From Mobula hypostoma (taxonomy: Eukaryota), in NCBI RefSeq assembly GCF_963921235.1, contig NC_086097.1, positions 3,844,001-3,908,000 on the forward strand: DNA of 64,000 bases, in the 5' to 3' direction. Both the position numbers and the translations under genes were made by a program. Position 1 is the first letter of the stretch. Each line of letters starts with the position of its first letter. Below the pieces are notes generated by a model that did not search any database, was not told where the DNA came from, and was given only the letters and a program-made list of their open reading frames with translations. Shown here piece by piece: positions 13,015 through 25,600 of this stretch.

Positions 13015-15505
13015 CTGGCCGGGGAGAGTGAGGAGGTGATTGCGAGGAGCTATAAGCAAGTAGTCACAGCAGGGCCTCGAGAGACAGTTAAGTGGGTAAC
13101 AGATAGGAGAGAGAAGGGCAAGAGTAAGGTACTAGAGAGTACCCCTGTGGCTGTCCCCCTTAACAATAAGTACTCCTGTTTGAATACTGTTGGGAGTGGA
13201 TGGCCTACCTGGGGGAAGCAACAGTAGCCGCGCCTCTGGCACAGAGTCTGGCCCTGTGGCTCAGAAGGGTAGGGAAAGGAAGAAAGCAGCAGTGATAGGG
13301 GACTCGATAGTTAGGGGGTCAGACAGGCGATTCTGTGGACGCAGGAAAGAAACATGGATGGTAGTTTACCTCCCAGGTGCCAGGGTCCGGGATGTGACTG
13401 ATCACATCCATGTTATCCTGAAGTGGGAAGGTGAACAGCCAGAGGTTGTGGATCATATTGATACCAATGACATAGGTAGGAAAAGGGAGGAGGTCCTGAA
13501 AACAGACTACAGGGAGTTAGGAAGGAAGTTGAGAAGCAGGCCCTCAAAGGTAGCAATCTCAGGATTACTGCCTGTGCCACGTGAATGGAATGAGGTGGAG
13601 GATAAATGCGTGGCTGAGGGACTGGAGCAGGGAGCAGGGATTCAAATTTCTGGATCACTGGGGTAGGCGTGACCTGTACAAAAAGGACAGACTGCACTTG
13701 AATCCGAGGGAGTCCAATCCTGGCAGGAAGGTTTGCTCAGGCTTTGGACAGTGGAAAAGTGTGTTTGGAACCCGAGGAGATAGCAGAGATACTTAACGAA
13801 TACTTCGCTTTAGTATTCAGTATGGAAAAGGATCTTGGCGTTGGTAGGGATGACCTACAGTGGATTGAAAATCTTGAGCATGTAGATATTAAGGAAGAGG
13901 ATGTGCTGGAGCTTTTGGAAATCATCAAGTTGGATAAATCTCCGGGACCGGACGAGATGTACCCCAGGCTACTGTGGGAGGCGAAGAAGGAGCTTGCTGA
14001 TCCTCTGGCGATGATCTTTGCATCATCAATGGGGACGGGAGAGGTTCTGGAGGATTGGAGGGTTGCAAATGTTGTTCCCTTATTCAAGAAAGGGAGTAGA
14101 GATAGCCCAGGAAATTATAGACCAGTGAGTCTTACTTCAGTGGTTGGTAAGTTGATGCAGAAGATCCTGAGAGGCAGGATTTATGAACATTTGGAGAGAT
14201 ATAATATGATTAGGAATAGTCAGTATGGCTTTGTCAAAGGCAGGTCGTGCCTTACGAACCTAACTGAATTTTTTGAGGATGTGATTAAACACAATGCTGA
14301 AGGTACAGCGTAGATGTAGTGTATATAGATTTCAGCAAGGCATTTGATAAGGTAGCCCATGCAAGGCTTATTGAGAAAGTAAGGAGGCATGGGATCCGAG
14401 GGGATCTTGCTTTGTGGATCCAGAACTGGCTTGCCCACAGAAGGCAAAGAGTGGTTGTAGACGGGTCATATTCTGCATGGAGGTCAGTGAGCAGTAGTGT
14501 GCCTCAGGGATCTGTTGTGGGACCCTTACTCTTCATGATTTTTATAAATGTCCTGGATGAGGAAGTGTAGGGATGGTTAGTAAATTTGCTGATGACACAG
14601 AGGTTGGGGGTGTTGTGGTTAGTGTGGAGGGCTGCCAGAGGTTACAGTGGGACATTGATAGGATGCAAAACTGGGCTGAAAAGTGGCAGATGGGGTTCAA
14701 CCCAGATAAGTGTGAGGTGGTTCATTTTGGTAGGTGAAATATGTTAATAGAATGGTATTATTGTAATGGTATCAACGGTTAAAGAATCTTGGCAGTGTGG
14801 AGGGTCAGAGGGATCTTGGGGTCCATGTCCATAGGACACTCAAAGCTGCTGTGCAGTTTGACTGTGTGGTTAAGAAGGCGTATGGTGTGTTGACCTTCAT
14901 CAACTGTGGGATTGAGTTTAAGAACCGAGAGGTAATGTTGCAGCTATATAGGACCCTGGTCAGACCCCACTTGGAGTACTGTGCTCAGTTCTGGTCACCT
15001 CACCACAGGAAGGATGTGGAAACTATAGAAAGGGTGCAGAGGAGATTTACAAGGATGTTGCCTGGATTGAGGAGCATATCTTATGAAAAAAGGTTGAGCG
15101 AACTCGGCCTTTTCTCCTTGGAGCGGCGGAGGATGAGAGGTGACCTGATAGAGGTGTATAAGAGGATGAGGGGCATTGATCGTGTGAATAGTCAGAGGCT
15201 TTTTCCCAGGGCTGAAATTGTTAACATGAGAGGGCATAGTTTTAAGGTGCTTGGAAGTAGGTACAGAGAAGATGTCAGGGGTAAGTTTTTACGCAGAGAG
15301 TGATGAGTGCGTGGAATGGGCTGCCAGCAATGGTGGTGGAGGCAGATACGATAGGATCTTTTAAGAGACTCCTGGATAGGTACATGGAGCTTAGAATAAT
15401 AGAGGGCTGTGGGTAACCCTAGGTAATTTCTAAAGTAAGTATGAATTTGGCACAGCATTGTGAGCTGAAGTGCCTGTATTGTGCTGTAGGTTTTCTGTGT
15501 TGCTA
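13015..15505 (+). mobile_element. CR1 LINE with internal deletion (ORF1 esterase joined to mid-ORF2; endonuclease lost)
   Basis: VIGDSIVRGSDRRFCG..LPGARVRD..HIDTNDIG, then a jump near 13742 to EILNEYFALVF..SPGPDEMYPRLL..KAFDKV..LVRPHLEYCAQFWSP and the 3' UTR. Confidence 0.92.
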
Positions 15506-15655
15506 TATTTATTGTTATCTGACTGTACATATATACAGATGAAACAATGATCCTCTGGACCTTGGTGCACCCACACACAGCACATAAACCAAAATATTAC
15601 CATAAGTAAGGGAATAAATTATAATTCAAAATGCATGTGTGGTACACAATACAAG

Positions 15656-16315
15656 TGTAATGTCCTGGTTCATATTTTTACTGTTCTGCTGTATGTATTT
15701 CATTTTGGCAGTTCTGTAAGAGCAGTCTGTTCTGTTTTCATGCTTGTTTGGGTTATATTGTTGAAGATAAGGGATGATGAGGAATGTGTGCCATCAATTA
15801 GGATGATCAGATTAAGGGTCGGTTTCTCTGGTGAGGGACTCTAAGGTTGGGCTTGGGGTTTTTTGTTCGAGAGTGATGAAGAGAGAATACACTGGGGAGA
15901 ACCGGTTGTAGCATACGATCCGGTGGGAGCCCTGTTTGTTCGAGATGGATTGCGAGCGACGTTCGGAAGGTGATGTGGGCGTTCACGCTGACCGAGGACG
16001 CAGTGTGTGAGTGACAGGGAAGCTCAAGTTGAGCTCCAACTTGTTCACATTTGACTGTTTAATTAGAATGGGCCCTTTTCTTTTTGTTATTCTTTACTAA
16101 CCCTTTAGTTAACATTCATAAATATAATTCCTTTAATCGTCTGCAGTGCAGTGTCTGGTATTTTGTGGCATTAATTTGTAACAGGGTAGTAAATGTCACA
16201 GCATCCACACACCGGGGTTTGGCGTGGGGTCGAGCGCACCTCAATCTCACGAGTTTGGCGGGGCCAGAGGTTGTTTTCCCTGGACCTATGCAGCCATGGA
16301 AACCAGGGTGTTTCA
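15656..16315. mobile_element. Solo LTR (about 660 bp) with 4-bp TSD
   Basis: TG..CA termini (tgtaatg..gtgtttca) flanked by CAAG on both sides. The interrupted repeat has an uninterrupted sibling near 58730-58930. Confidence 0.75.
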
Positions 16316-16384
16316 CAAGTAAACAGTGTAGTGAACAATAAACAGCTTTCTGTCCTAGTGACAAGACCGCAGTGGTGTCAGAGT

Positions 16385-18260
16385 CATCATTAGACTCATA
16401 GCCTAATCTTCCTCCTCTTTCAATTCTAAATGAGGCTGTACCCTCTGATCTTAGACTTCCTCACCATAGTAAACATCCTCTCCACATCCACTCTATTGAA
16501 GCCTTTCAACATACCCTGATTCTTCTGAATTCCAGTGAGCATAGGCCCAGAACCATCAAACACCCTCCATTTGATGAGCCTTTCATTTTCATGAACCTCC
16601 TTTGTACCCTCTCCATTTTCAGCACATCCTTTCTAAGACAAGGGGCCCAAACCTCCAAGTGAGGCCTCACTAGTGCTTTATAGAGCATGCCTGCTTTTAT
16701 ATTCTAGTCCTCTTGAAATAAATACTAACGTCACATGTGCATTCTTCACCACCAATTAAACCTGAAAATTAACTTTTAGGGAATCCTGCACGAGACTCCC
16801 ATGTCTCTTTGCATCTCAGATGTTTGAATTTTCTCTGTATTTAGCAAAGTGTCAATGCCCTTAATCTTTCTACCAAAGTGCATGACCATACACTTTCCAA
16901 CATTGCCACTACTTTGCCCTTTCTCCTAATCTATCTAAGTCCTTCTGTAGCCTCTGTGTTTCCTCAAAACTATCTGCTCCTCCACCTATCTTCATATTGT
17001 ATTGTCCACAGTCTTGGCCACAAAACCTGCAATTCCATCATCCAAAAAGAAATGGTTCCACTCAGACCCCTGTGGAACACCACTAGTCACTAGCAGCAAA
17101 CCAGAGAAGGTTCCCTTTATTCACATTCTTTGCCTCCTGCCAATCAGTCACTGCTTTAACCATGTCAGCAGCCTCATGTGTGGCATCTTGCCAAAGGCCT
17201 TCTGAAAATCCAAGTACACAATATCAACTGATTCTCCTTTGCCTATCCTGCTTGTCGTTTTTTCAAAGATTTCCAACGGATTTTTCAGGAAAATTTTTTC
17301 CTTAAAAAAACCACATTGCAGTCGGCCTATTTTATCATGTGCCTCCAAATACCTTGAAACCACATGCTTAGCAGTTGACTCCCATATCTTCGCAGCCACT
17401 GAGGTCGGATTAACTGGCCTATAATTTTCTTTCTTTTGCGTCTCTCCTGTCTTGAAATATGGAATGGCATTTACAAATTTATAGTCTTCCAGAACCATTC
17501 CAGAATCTAGTGATTATTGAAAGGTCATTTCTAATGCCTCCAAATCTCCTCAGCCACCTCTTTCTGAACCTTGGGTCTGGTGACTTATCTACTTTCAGAC
17601 TTTTCAGTTTCCCAAGCACTTTCTCTAGTAATAGTAGCCGCACTCAGTTCTGCCTCCTGATACCCTCGAACTGCTGATGTCTTCCACAGTGAAGACTGAT
17701 GCAAAATTATTATTCAGTCCTTCCACCATCTTTTTGTCCCGGTTACTACCTCTGCAGCGTCATTTTCCAGCTGTCCGATATCCACTCTCGTCTGATTTAC
17801 ACTTTATATATCTGAAGGAAATTTTGTTATTTTCTTTAATATTATTGGTCAGCTTACCTTTGTATTCCCAACTTTTCCTTCTTTATGACATTTTTGGTTG
17901 ACTTCTGTTGGTTTTTAATAGCTTCCCACTAGTATTTGATCTATTATATGCCATCTCTTTGGCTTGTATGTTGGCTTTGACTTCCCTTGTCAGCCATGTT
18001 TCAGTTGTGTTATCCTGCCTTCAGAGTGCTTCTTCTTTAGAAACTATCTCAACAGCACCTTTCACATTGTCATTGCTATTCTGCCGTCATCCCTGCTAGT
18101 GTTCCCTTCCAATCAACTTTGGCAAACTCCTCTCTCATGCCTCTGTAATTCCCTTTACTTCACTCTAGTACTGATACATCTGATTTCAGCTTCTCCCTCT
18201 CAAACTGCAGGGAGAATTCTATCCCATTATGATCACTGTCTCCGAAGGGTTGCTTGAACT
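16385..18260 (-). mobile_element. CR1 LINE ORF2 fragment, old
   Basis: LYKALVRPHLE, VDIVYLDFQKAFGKMPH, ENYRPVNPTSV; heavily frameshifted. Confidence 0.88.
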
Positions 18261-18994
18261 GAAGCCCCCTATTTTTATTGATTCTATTGTGTTTATTTGT
18301 ATTTACCATGAATGCCTACAAGAAAATGCACCTCAGGGAAGTATATGGTCACAGATCTGTACAGTACATTGATAATAAATTTACTTTGAACTTTCAACTT
18401 TGAACCTGGAGGTTGTGCAGCTGTGGTCAAAGGGAGTTTGGGCCCTTGGTTTTTGGGACATGAGACGTGCTGGTGGTATTTTGGTAATTCAATCTGGCGT
18501 TTGGCCTGGTTGAAGTCTCCAGCAATAATGAAGAGAGCCGTATAGCATCATGGAAAAGCATGTGGTACCCTGGGTGCTGTCTGATACTGGGATCCTCACC
18601 AACTGGATCATGTCCTCTTCTCTTCACTGCCATCAGGGAGGAGGTACAAGGCCTGATGACACACCTCAACATCAGCTTCATCCCACTACCACTGGGTTCC
18701 CAAAGACCCTTAACACTACCTTAGACTATATTTTATTCCGCTCTCAAACCTGACCTTGCCAAATGTTATCGATGCACCATTGAAAATATTCTGTTTGGAT
18801 GCAAAACCACTTGACCGCCAGAAACTGCAGAGTTATGGATACAGCTCAACACATTACAGAAAACAAATTTCCCTTCCAAGGACTCCTGTTGAGAGTGAAG
18901 CAGGCAACATAATCAAAGACCCACTCACCCTGAATATTCTCTTTTCTCTCTTCTCAAATCGGGAAAATTTACAAAAGCACATATCACCAATCTC

Positions 18995-20060
18995 ATAGAC
19001 AGCTTCTCCCCCATTGATATCAGACTCTTAAACCAGTCTCCTAGACAGCTTCTCCCTCACTGATATCAGACCCTTAAACTAGTCTCAAAGACCCCAGCTT
19101 CTACCCCCCCCCCCCGATATCCGCTGGAGTGAGTCAAGAGTCGCTGTCTGTAGTTCCAGGGCAAGTCAAGAGCTCGCTACTACTTGGAGCCCCTTCGTGC
19201 TGAGATAAAGAACTGTCTACCATTGTGTGGTTTTGTCTCTTTGTGTCCTCACCTCCACTAGGTAGGTCTGGCCGTTTGCCGCTACCCTGAGTTGGGAACT
19301 GTCTCTTCGTGTCCTTGCTTCTGCTGTGTAGGTCCGGCTGTTTGCTGCTACCTTGATTTGGGAACTGTCTCTTTGTGTCCTTTCCTCTGCTGGGTAGGTC
19401 TGGCCGTTTGCCGCTACCTTGAGTTGGGAACTGTCTCTTTGTGTCCTTTCCTCTGCTGGGTAGGTCCAGCCGATTGCCACTACCCTGAGTGGGGAACTGT
19501 CTCTTCGTGCTCCATGTCCTGTATCCAAGGAAGAATCCCGGCTCTGTGTCCTGTATCCAAGGAAGAGTCCCGGCTCTGTGTCCTGAGTCTAAGAAGCGTC
19601 CCGGCTTCGTGTCCTGTATCCAAGGAAGAGTCCCGACTCTGTGTTTTGATGTTCCAAGTTCCAAGTCCAGGCACCGATGTTCCAAGTTCCAGGTCCGGGT
19701 CCCAAGTGCCAAGTCCCAAGTCTAAGCCCAGGTCCCAGGCCAAGCCCAGACCCTGAGTCCCAGTCTAAGTCCAGGATCCGAGCCCAACTCCAGCCACGCA
19801 TATTCCCGCTTCCACTTCATTCACTCCTTGATGTCTCTCTGTACAATCCCGCTTCCCTGCTTTCCTAGTAACTATAAATGAACTCTATTTTTGTTAATGC
19901 TACAAAACGTGTTTGTGTCCTGCATTTGGGTCCACCCGTGTTCGGCATTTGTGACAATCAGACTCTTAAACCAGTCTCCTAGACGGCTTCTCCCCCTCTG
20001 ATATCAGACCTTTAAACCAGTCTCATAGACAGCTTCTATCCCATTGATATAAGACCTTTC
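18995..20060. repeat. About 42-bp tandem repeat interrupted by an LTR-like insert
   Basis: Unit agacagcttctcccccattgatatcagactcttaaaccagtctc at 18995-19120, resuming at 19958-20060. Confidence 0.85.
19121..19957 (+). mobile_element. Partial Gypsy-type LTR with internal 66-bp and about 31-bp tandem arrays
   Basis: 66-bp units start at about 19292, 19358, 19424 and 19490; about 31-bp units lie at 19516-19645. Ends ..tgtcctgcatttgggtcc..tgtgaca like fish Gypsy LTRs. Confidence 0.6.
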
Positions 20061-20086
20061 CTGCAATCAAATGGACTCTTGGTCTC

Positions 20087-20645
20087 ATAACACATAAAAG
20101 TTGCTGGTGAATGCAGCAGGCCAGGCAGCATCTCTAGGAAGAGGTACAGTCGACATTTCGGGCCGAAACCCTGCGTCAGGACTAACTGAAAGAAGAGCTA
20201 GTAAGAGATTTGAAAGTGAGAGGGGAGGGGGAGATCCAAAATGATAGGAGAAGACAGGAGGGGGAGGGATGGAGCCAAGAGCTGGAAAGTTGATTGGCAA
20301 AAGGGATACGAGAGGATCATGGGACAGGAGGCCTAGGGAGAAGGAAAAGGGGGAGGGGGGAAGCCCAGAGGATGGGCAAGGGGTATAGTGAGAGGGACAG
20401 AGGGAGAAAAAGGAGAGAGAGAGAAAAAGAATGTGTGTATATAAATAAATAAATAACAGATGGGGTACGAGGGGGAGGTGGGGCATTAGCGGAAGTTAGG
20501 GAAGTCAATGTTCATGCTATCAGGTTGGAGGCTACCTAGACGGAATATAAGGTGTTGTTCCTCCAACCTGAGTGTGGTTTCATCTTTACAGTAGAGGAGG
20601 CCGTGGATAGACATATCAGAATGGGAATGGGACGTGGAATTAAAA
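20087..20645 (-). mobile_element. Penelope-like element 3' fragment with hammerhead-bearing pLTR
   Basis: Minus strand NSTSHSHSDMSIHGLLYCKDETTLRLEEQHLIFRLGSLQPDSMNIDF (GIY-YIG C-terminus). Hammerhead-like AGTC-CTGACGCAGGG..CCCGAAATGTC-GACT at 20148-20183. Confidence 0.9.
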
Positions 20646-22289
20646 TCAACATAAAAACATTTTTAGAGGAGGAGGGATGGACTCTCGGACCCCAGAATGG
20701 ATGGGATGGAAATGGTCCTGAGGTGAGAGAGGTGCTTTCACACCGTCTCCATGACCCAGCTGATCCATGGAGGGGAACGGTAGTGGCTGTCGAGTTAGTA
20801 CTGAGAGGTGGATGGGACACAGAGTGACTGACCTGAGGATCTGTTCTCAGACTGTCCACTCACCCAGATTGCACAGTTTTGATGGTCTTGTTCCTCTGGA
20901 AGAAGAAAGAACGGGTTAAACTCACCAGCTTACAATAGACAATGACAGGACCCTTTACATTTGAAGTCACAGATTTACACAGCATGAGAACCCGTCCATA
21001 CTTCTTCACTGTCCTGTCTACCTATGTCACCACTTACAGGGAGTTCTGTACTTGTATGTCTCATCCCTCTGTTCTACAACTCTCCCTGGGCCCTGTCATT
21101 TACTCTTGGTTCTGCACTGATTTAACTTCCCAAAATCTATCACATCGCACTCGTCCCAGTTAAGTTTGTCCTACCATTCCTTGGCCCACTTCTCGAGCTG
21201 GTCTTCATCTCATTATAAACTTAGGAAACCCTCACTTCCACCACACACCAGTTTTGGTGTCATCCACAAACCCACAAACTCACTAATTATTTGACCTACA
21301 TTCTCCTGCAACTTGTTAAAAACACAGGACAAACAACAAGACATTTACACTTCTAGATTCTGAATAGGATGAAACACTGCCTCAGTATTAAAGGCGATAG
21401 GCTTCCCAGTCTGTAGTTAGGTATTGTGTACCATCTTCAGACAGGCATGAGGGGTATGTCTGACATTACTGAGGGCCTTTGTTGATACTATCCTGGGAGC
21501 AGCTCCTTAGCAACCAGGATCAATAAACACAGTGGGCCCCAAGCAGTAATTACCCATATTTTCCCAGAGCTGACCACCCCAAAATCCCAACAACTAATCT
21601 ATCATCCGTCCCCAAAGATAATCCTTCTGAACATTGCTCCAGAAGGAATGAAAGGAATCGGTACTTTGTCTCACTGTTGCTGAGCTCTTTCTGTCAGGGA
21701 TTCTGTCCATCTGGTGCAGGATTCTTCCTTCCCCTTCAGATGTCTCCAGCTATTGTTCACATCAGGCTTTCTTCTCTTCAGAGTTTCGGTGTGGTAGATT
21801 AAGTTCAGGAAAGTCAGTCGAGTCAGGGATCTATTCCCACCAAGGAGCAGAATGGTGAATCTAAGGAAGAGGCCCTTCATCCCATCATGGTGCTGTTGCA
21901 AAGAAAGCTCCACAGATCCTTCCTGTCTTTCTCTGTCCTCTTCCTCCCCATCTCCAGCTTGTCCTCTCTCAGGGGCTTCACACCCTCAACAGAACATGTT
22001 CTCTTCCACATCCATTCCACTGTTAGACTTCCCAACAGAAGATGCAGTTCAGGAAAAGTATTCGAGAGCATGATGAAATTCCACTGAGGCAAAAATTCCA
22101 GAGTCCAAGATTTTTATGATGCTGCTAGGTTGTAAGTTTAAATCCACCAGGTCGCAACTCGATCAGTGTCATTCTATTGGGAGCGCCAGTGAGTGGGGAG
22201 ATCCAAGGATTGAGATTGTGCAAATATCAATGCCCCCCTGAGGATCGGCCAAATCTGGAGCCCATAATGAGGCATTTTAATACACCATG

Positions 22290-22598
22290 TCTACACCATA
22301 TCAACGAGGATGTCATGAACAGAGCAAACACAAAAAGAGAAATAATGTATGAGATCATGAAAAGGCAACGTAACTTCATTGGACATGTGATTAGGAAAGA
22401 GGAGATGGAATGCACAGTAAATATGGGAAAGATTGAAGGAAAGAAAGCAAGAGGAAGACAAAGACAAATGTGATGGAGACAGCAGCCAGAGAACTGGAGA
22501 TGAATACCAATGAATTGATCTATTTGACCCGAAACAGGAGTGTGTGGGCCATGGCAGTCAAAGCTCAAACTGGGCATGGCACCTGATGATGATGATGT
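22290..22598 (+). mobile_element. RTE/BovB-like LINE 3' fragment
   Basis: NEDVMNRA..KRQRNFIGHVIRKE..GKIEGKKARGRQR followed by a (GAT)n tail. Confidence 0.85.
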
Positions 22599-22666
22599 CT
22601 ATACCAGCCTCCAGATCAGCAAACCATCCTTCACCCATGCTGAAGGTGGTGGTTCTGCCTCTGGTC

Positions 22667-25600
22667 TACTTCTTCTGCTTCTTGTTTTACGGCGGTTGGC
22701 ACCCAGTTTAATGGTGCATTACCACCACCTTCTGCTCCGGAGTGTGCAATAGACTTACATTCCAAATTCCTTCACCCTATCATACCCACATATATACCCT
22801 AACCTACATTTTATTCTCCCATCTTTGGCCATCCTAGTACCCGATTCCTGCTTATTCATCATATCCTATAAAAAACCCCTGTACTCCTTAAGAAAGCTAA
22901 AAATACCCTGACCTGTGCTCTCTCACCCATGCCCAGCAACCCTTTTAACGTGAATTCCTGCACCCCCAATTCCTTTAGGTTGAGTATCATCATCTCTCTT
23001 TGTATCCCATACTTCCCGCAACTCAGAACTACATTTGCCTGGGCCTTTCTTATTTCAGTCTCTAACCTTATCACTGAGTCCATAGAATTCCTTCCCTTCC
23101 TAAAACCACTCTGATAACTTGCCAGCGTTCCCCTTTTCTCAAGCTCATTCGATAACCTTTCTGTTATCATCCTTTATCTTACATATATTTGTTGTTAATG
23201 CAATTGGTCTGTAGCTAGTGGGTCTTGATGGATCCTTGCCAGGTTTCCTTATTGGAATTACTACGGCTTCTTTCCATGCACTCGGTAATCTTCCCTCCTC
23301 CCACACTCTGTTATAAAAATGCAGCAACTTCAAGAGCGCTCCTTCTCCTAGATTTTTTAGCATCACAGAGCATATCAGATCTTTCCCTGGGGAGGTTGGT
23401 CTCGACCTTTTTATTGCTCTTACTATTTCTGCTAATGTAAATGGATCATCAATTATATCATCTGTTTCTTCCCTCCTGTTTAGCACACCTGGGTATTGAC
23501 TCATTGTTCTTTCCCTTCTCCTTCTCCCTTCTTCAGACAAGTTTTCTGAACTGTGTATCAGTACAAATGGCCTGGCCATGATTTCAGCCTTATCCCTACT
23601 GGAGACTGCTGTTTCCTCCTCAGATATTATTACTGGATATTCCCATTCCCTTCTATCTCCCCCCATCCTCTTAATCATTCCCCATACCTCTCCCACAGGT
23701 GGTGTTCTTCCTATTTTGTTGCAAAAACTCCTCCAACTTGCCCTTTTAGCTTGACGTATAGTTCTTTTCACCACTACCTGTGCCTTCTTATATTGAATCA
23801 AATGCTGCATATTATGGGTTCTTTTAGCTAGCCTGAATTCTCTATTTCTGTTTTTTTATAGCCTGACAACATTCCTCTGTCCACCATGGTACCAGTTTTC
23901 TATTCATCCTATTTTTACTCCTGGGTATAGATCCTTCTGCTGCCATAATGATTGCTGAAGTCACCTGACTGTTTAATTCATCTATATTTCCAGAAATGTC
24001 AATCTTTGTCAATGCCTCTTCACTCGACTTCTGGAACTTACCCCAATCTGCGTTTCCAAACACCCACTTTGGGATTCCACCACCTGATCTTATTTCAATT
24101 ATTTCACTCACTGAACATAAAACTGGGTGGTGATCACTGCCTATGCTGAAGCAGTCCAAACTCCCCAGTTACTAACACCAGCCAACGTATTAGACACTAA
24201 CGTAATATCTAATGCTGACTCAGTTCCTGTTAAGTTTACCCTTGTTCCTCTACCATTATTCATACACACCAAATTCCTTTCTTCCATCAAATCTTCAATT
24301 ACCTTTCCATTTGAATCTGTAATCGTATCCCCCCCCCCCATATTGTGCTATGAGCATTGAAATCTGCACACCACACTACTTTGTCTGTTTTGTCCTTGTA
24401 TCCTTAATAGGCTGTCCAAATCCAACTTTTTACATGGATTGTAGTAGTTAATTATAACCACTCCCTCCCCTCTCTCCCACACTTCCACCACTATGTATTC
24501 CTGGTCATCTCCTTTTTCCAGTACCCTATATGGTATACCTTGTTTGATTAACATTGCACAATCCCCTCCTCCCCCTAGAATTCTGTCTTTCCTTATCATT
24601 GTATACCCATACACCACAAAGTTTAAAGTTGGTTTCAACCAAGTTTCCTGAATACATACTATATCCAGTTTTACAACCATTTCTTTAATAAAGTGCTTGA
24701 ATTCCTGGCTATTGGCCAGTAATCTCCTTGCATTCCATTGCAAAAGAATCACCATAATTAGTATTAACCAACTCGTGACACTTCCTGGCTTGACTGATTA
24801 GTGAGGTTCTCCTTCACTTCCTCCCATGTCAGTCCTACTAACCCTAAATGGTTCACTGCTGCTTTGACCACCAGCTGAATTCTATCACTTTTTGACTTTA
24901 CCTCAGCCATACTATTAATGACTCCTGCAATGAATGTTACTAGAGCCTTTTTGTCTAAAAATAGTAATAAATAAAAAATAATATAAATAGTAATAAAAGC
25001 ATAAATAGTTAAATAGTTATTATTTCCTGGCATAATTTACATATTACTATTTAACTATTTATGGTTTTATTACTATTTATTATTTATGGTGTAACTGTAA
25101 CGAAAACCAATTTCCCCCAGAATCAATAAAGTATGACTATGACTATGACTGCGTAAATCCTGTCATTTGTTCTTTGTTGCATCTCTCGCATCCCTATTGC
25201 ACCCTGTTCTTTAGGAACATTATTCTGTTCTCTTGACATTTTTACAGCTTCTGCATAAGTGATCTTTCCTTTCACTCTTATTTCTTGAATTTTATCCTCC
25301 CATCTCATAACCTCACACCCACTATATGCCACATTATGAGCTCGTCCACAATTGCAGCATTTTGGTTGCACTCCTGTTCCGCACTTTCCATGTTCATGAT
25401 CACCCCAACATCTAGCACATCTCCTCTGCCTTTTACAGTTTTTAGCTAGGTGTCTAAATCTTTGACAATTATAGCACCTCAATGGCTTTGGCACATACAC
25501 CCTTACTGGGCAACTCATGAAACCCAGGAACACCTTCCTCGGCACTCTTTCTTCTTCAAATTCAATCAATACTGTTTCATTTTCCTTTTTCATTCCCTCC

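Noticed and set aside
19134..19756. Long overlapping ORFs (192, 154 and 103 aa) and a CRISPR-like periodic look
   Set aside because: They arise from 66-bp and 31-bp head-to-tail repeats with no unique spacers, in a eukaryotic LTR context.
21560..21913. P-loop GTPase or LRR-like peptides on the minus strand
   Set aside because: No complete GxxxxGK motif or repeated LRR units; kept only as an unexplained block.
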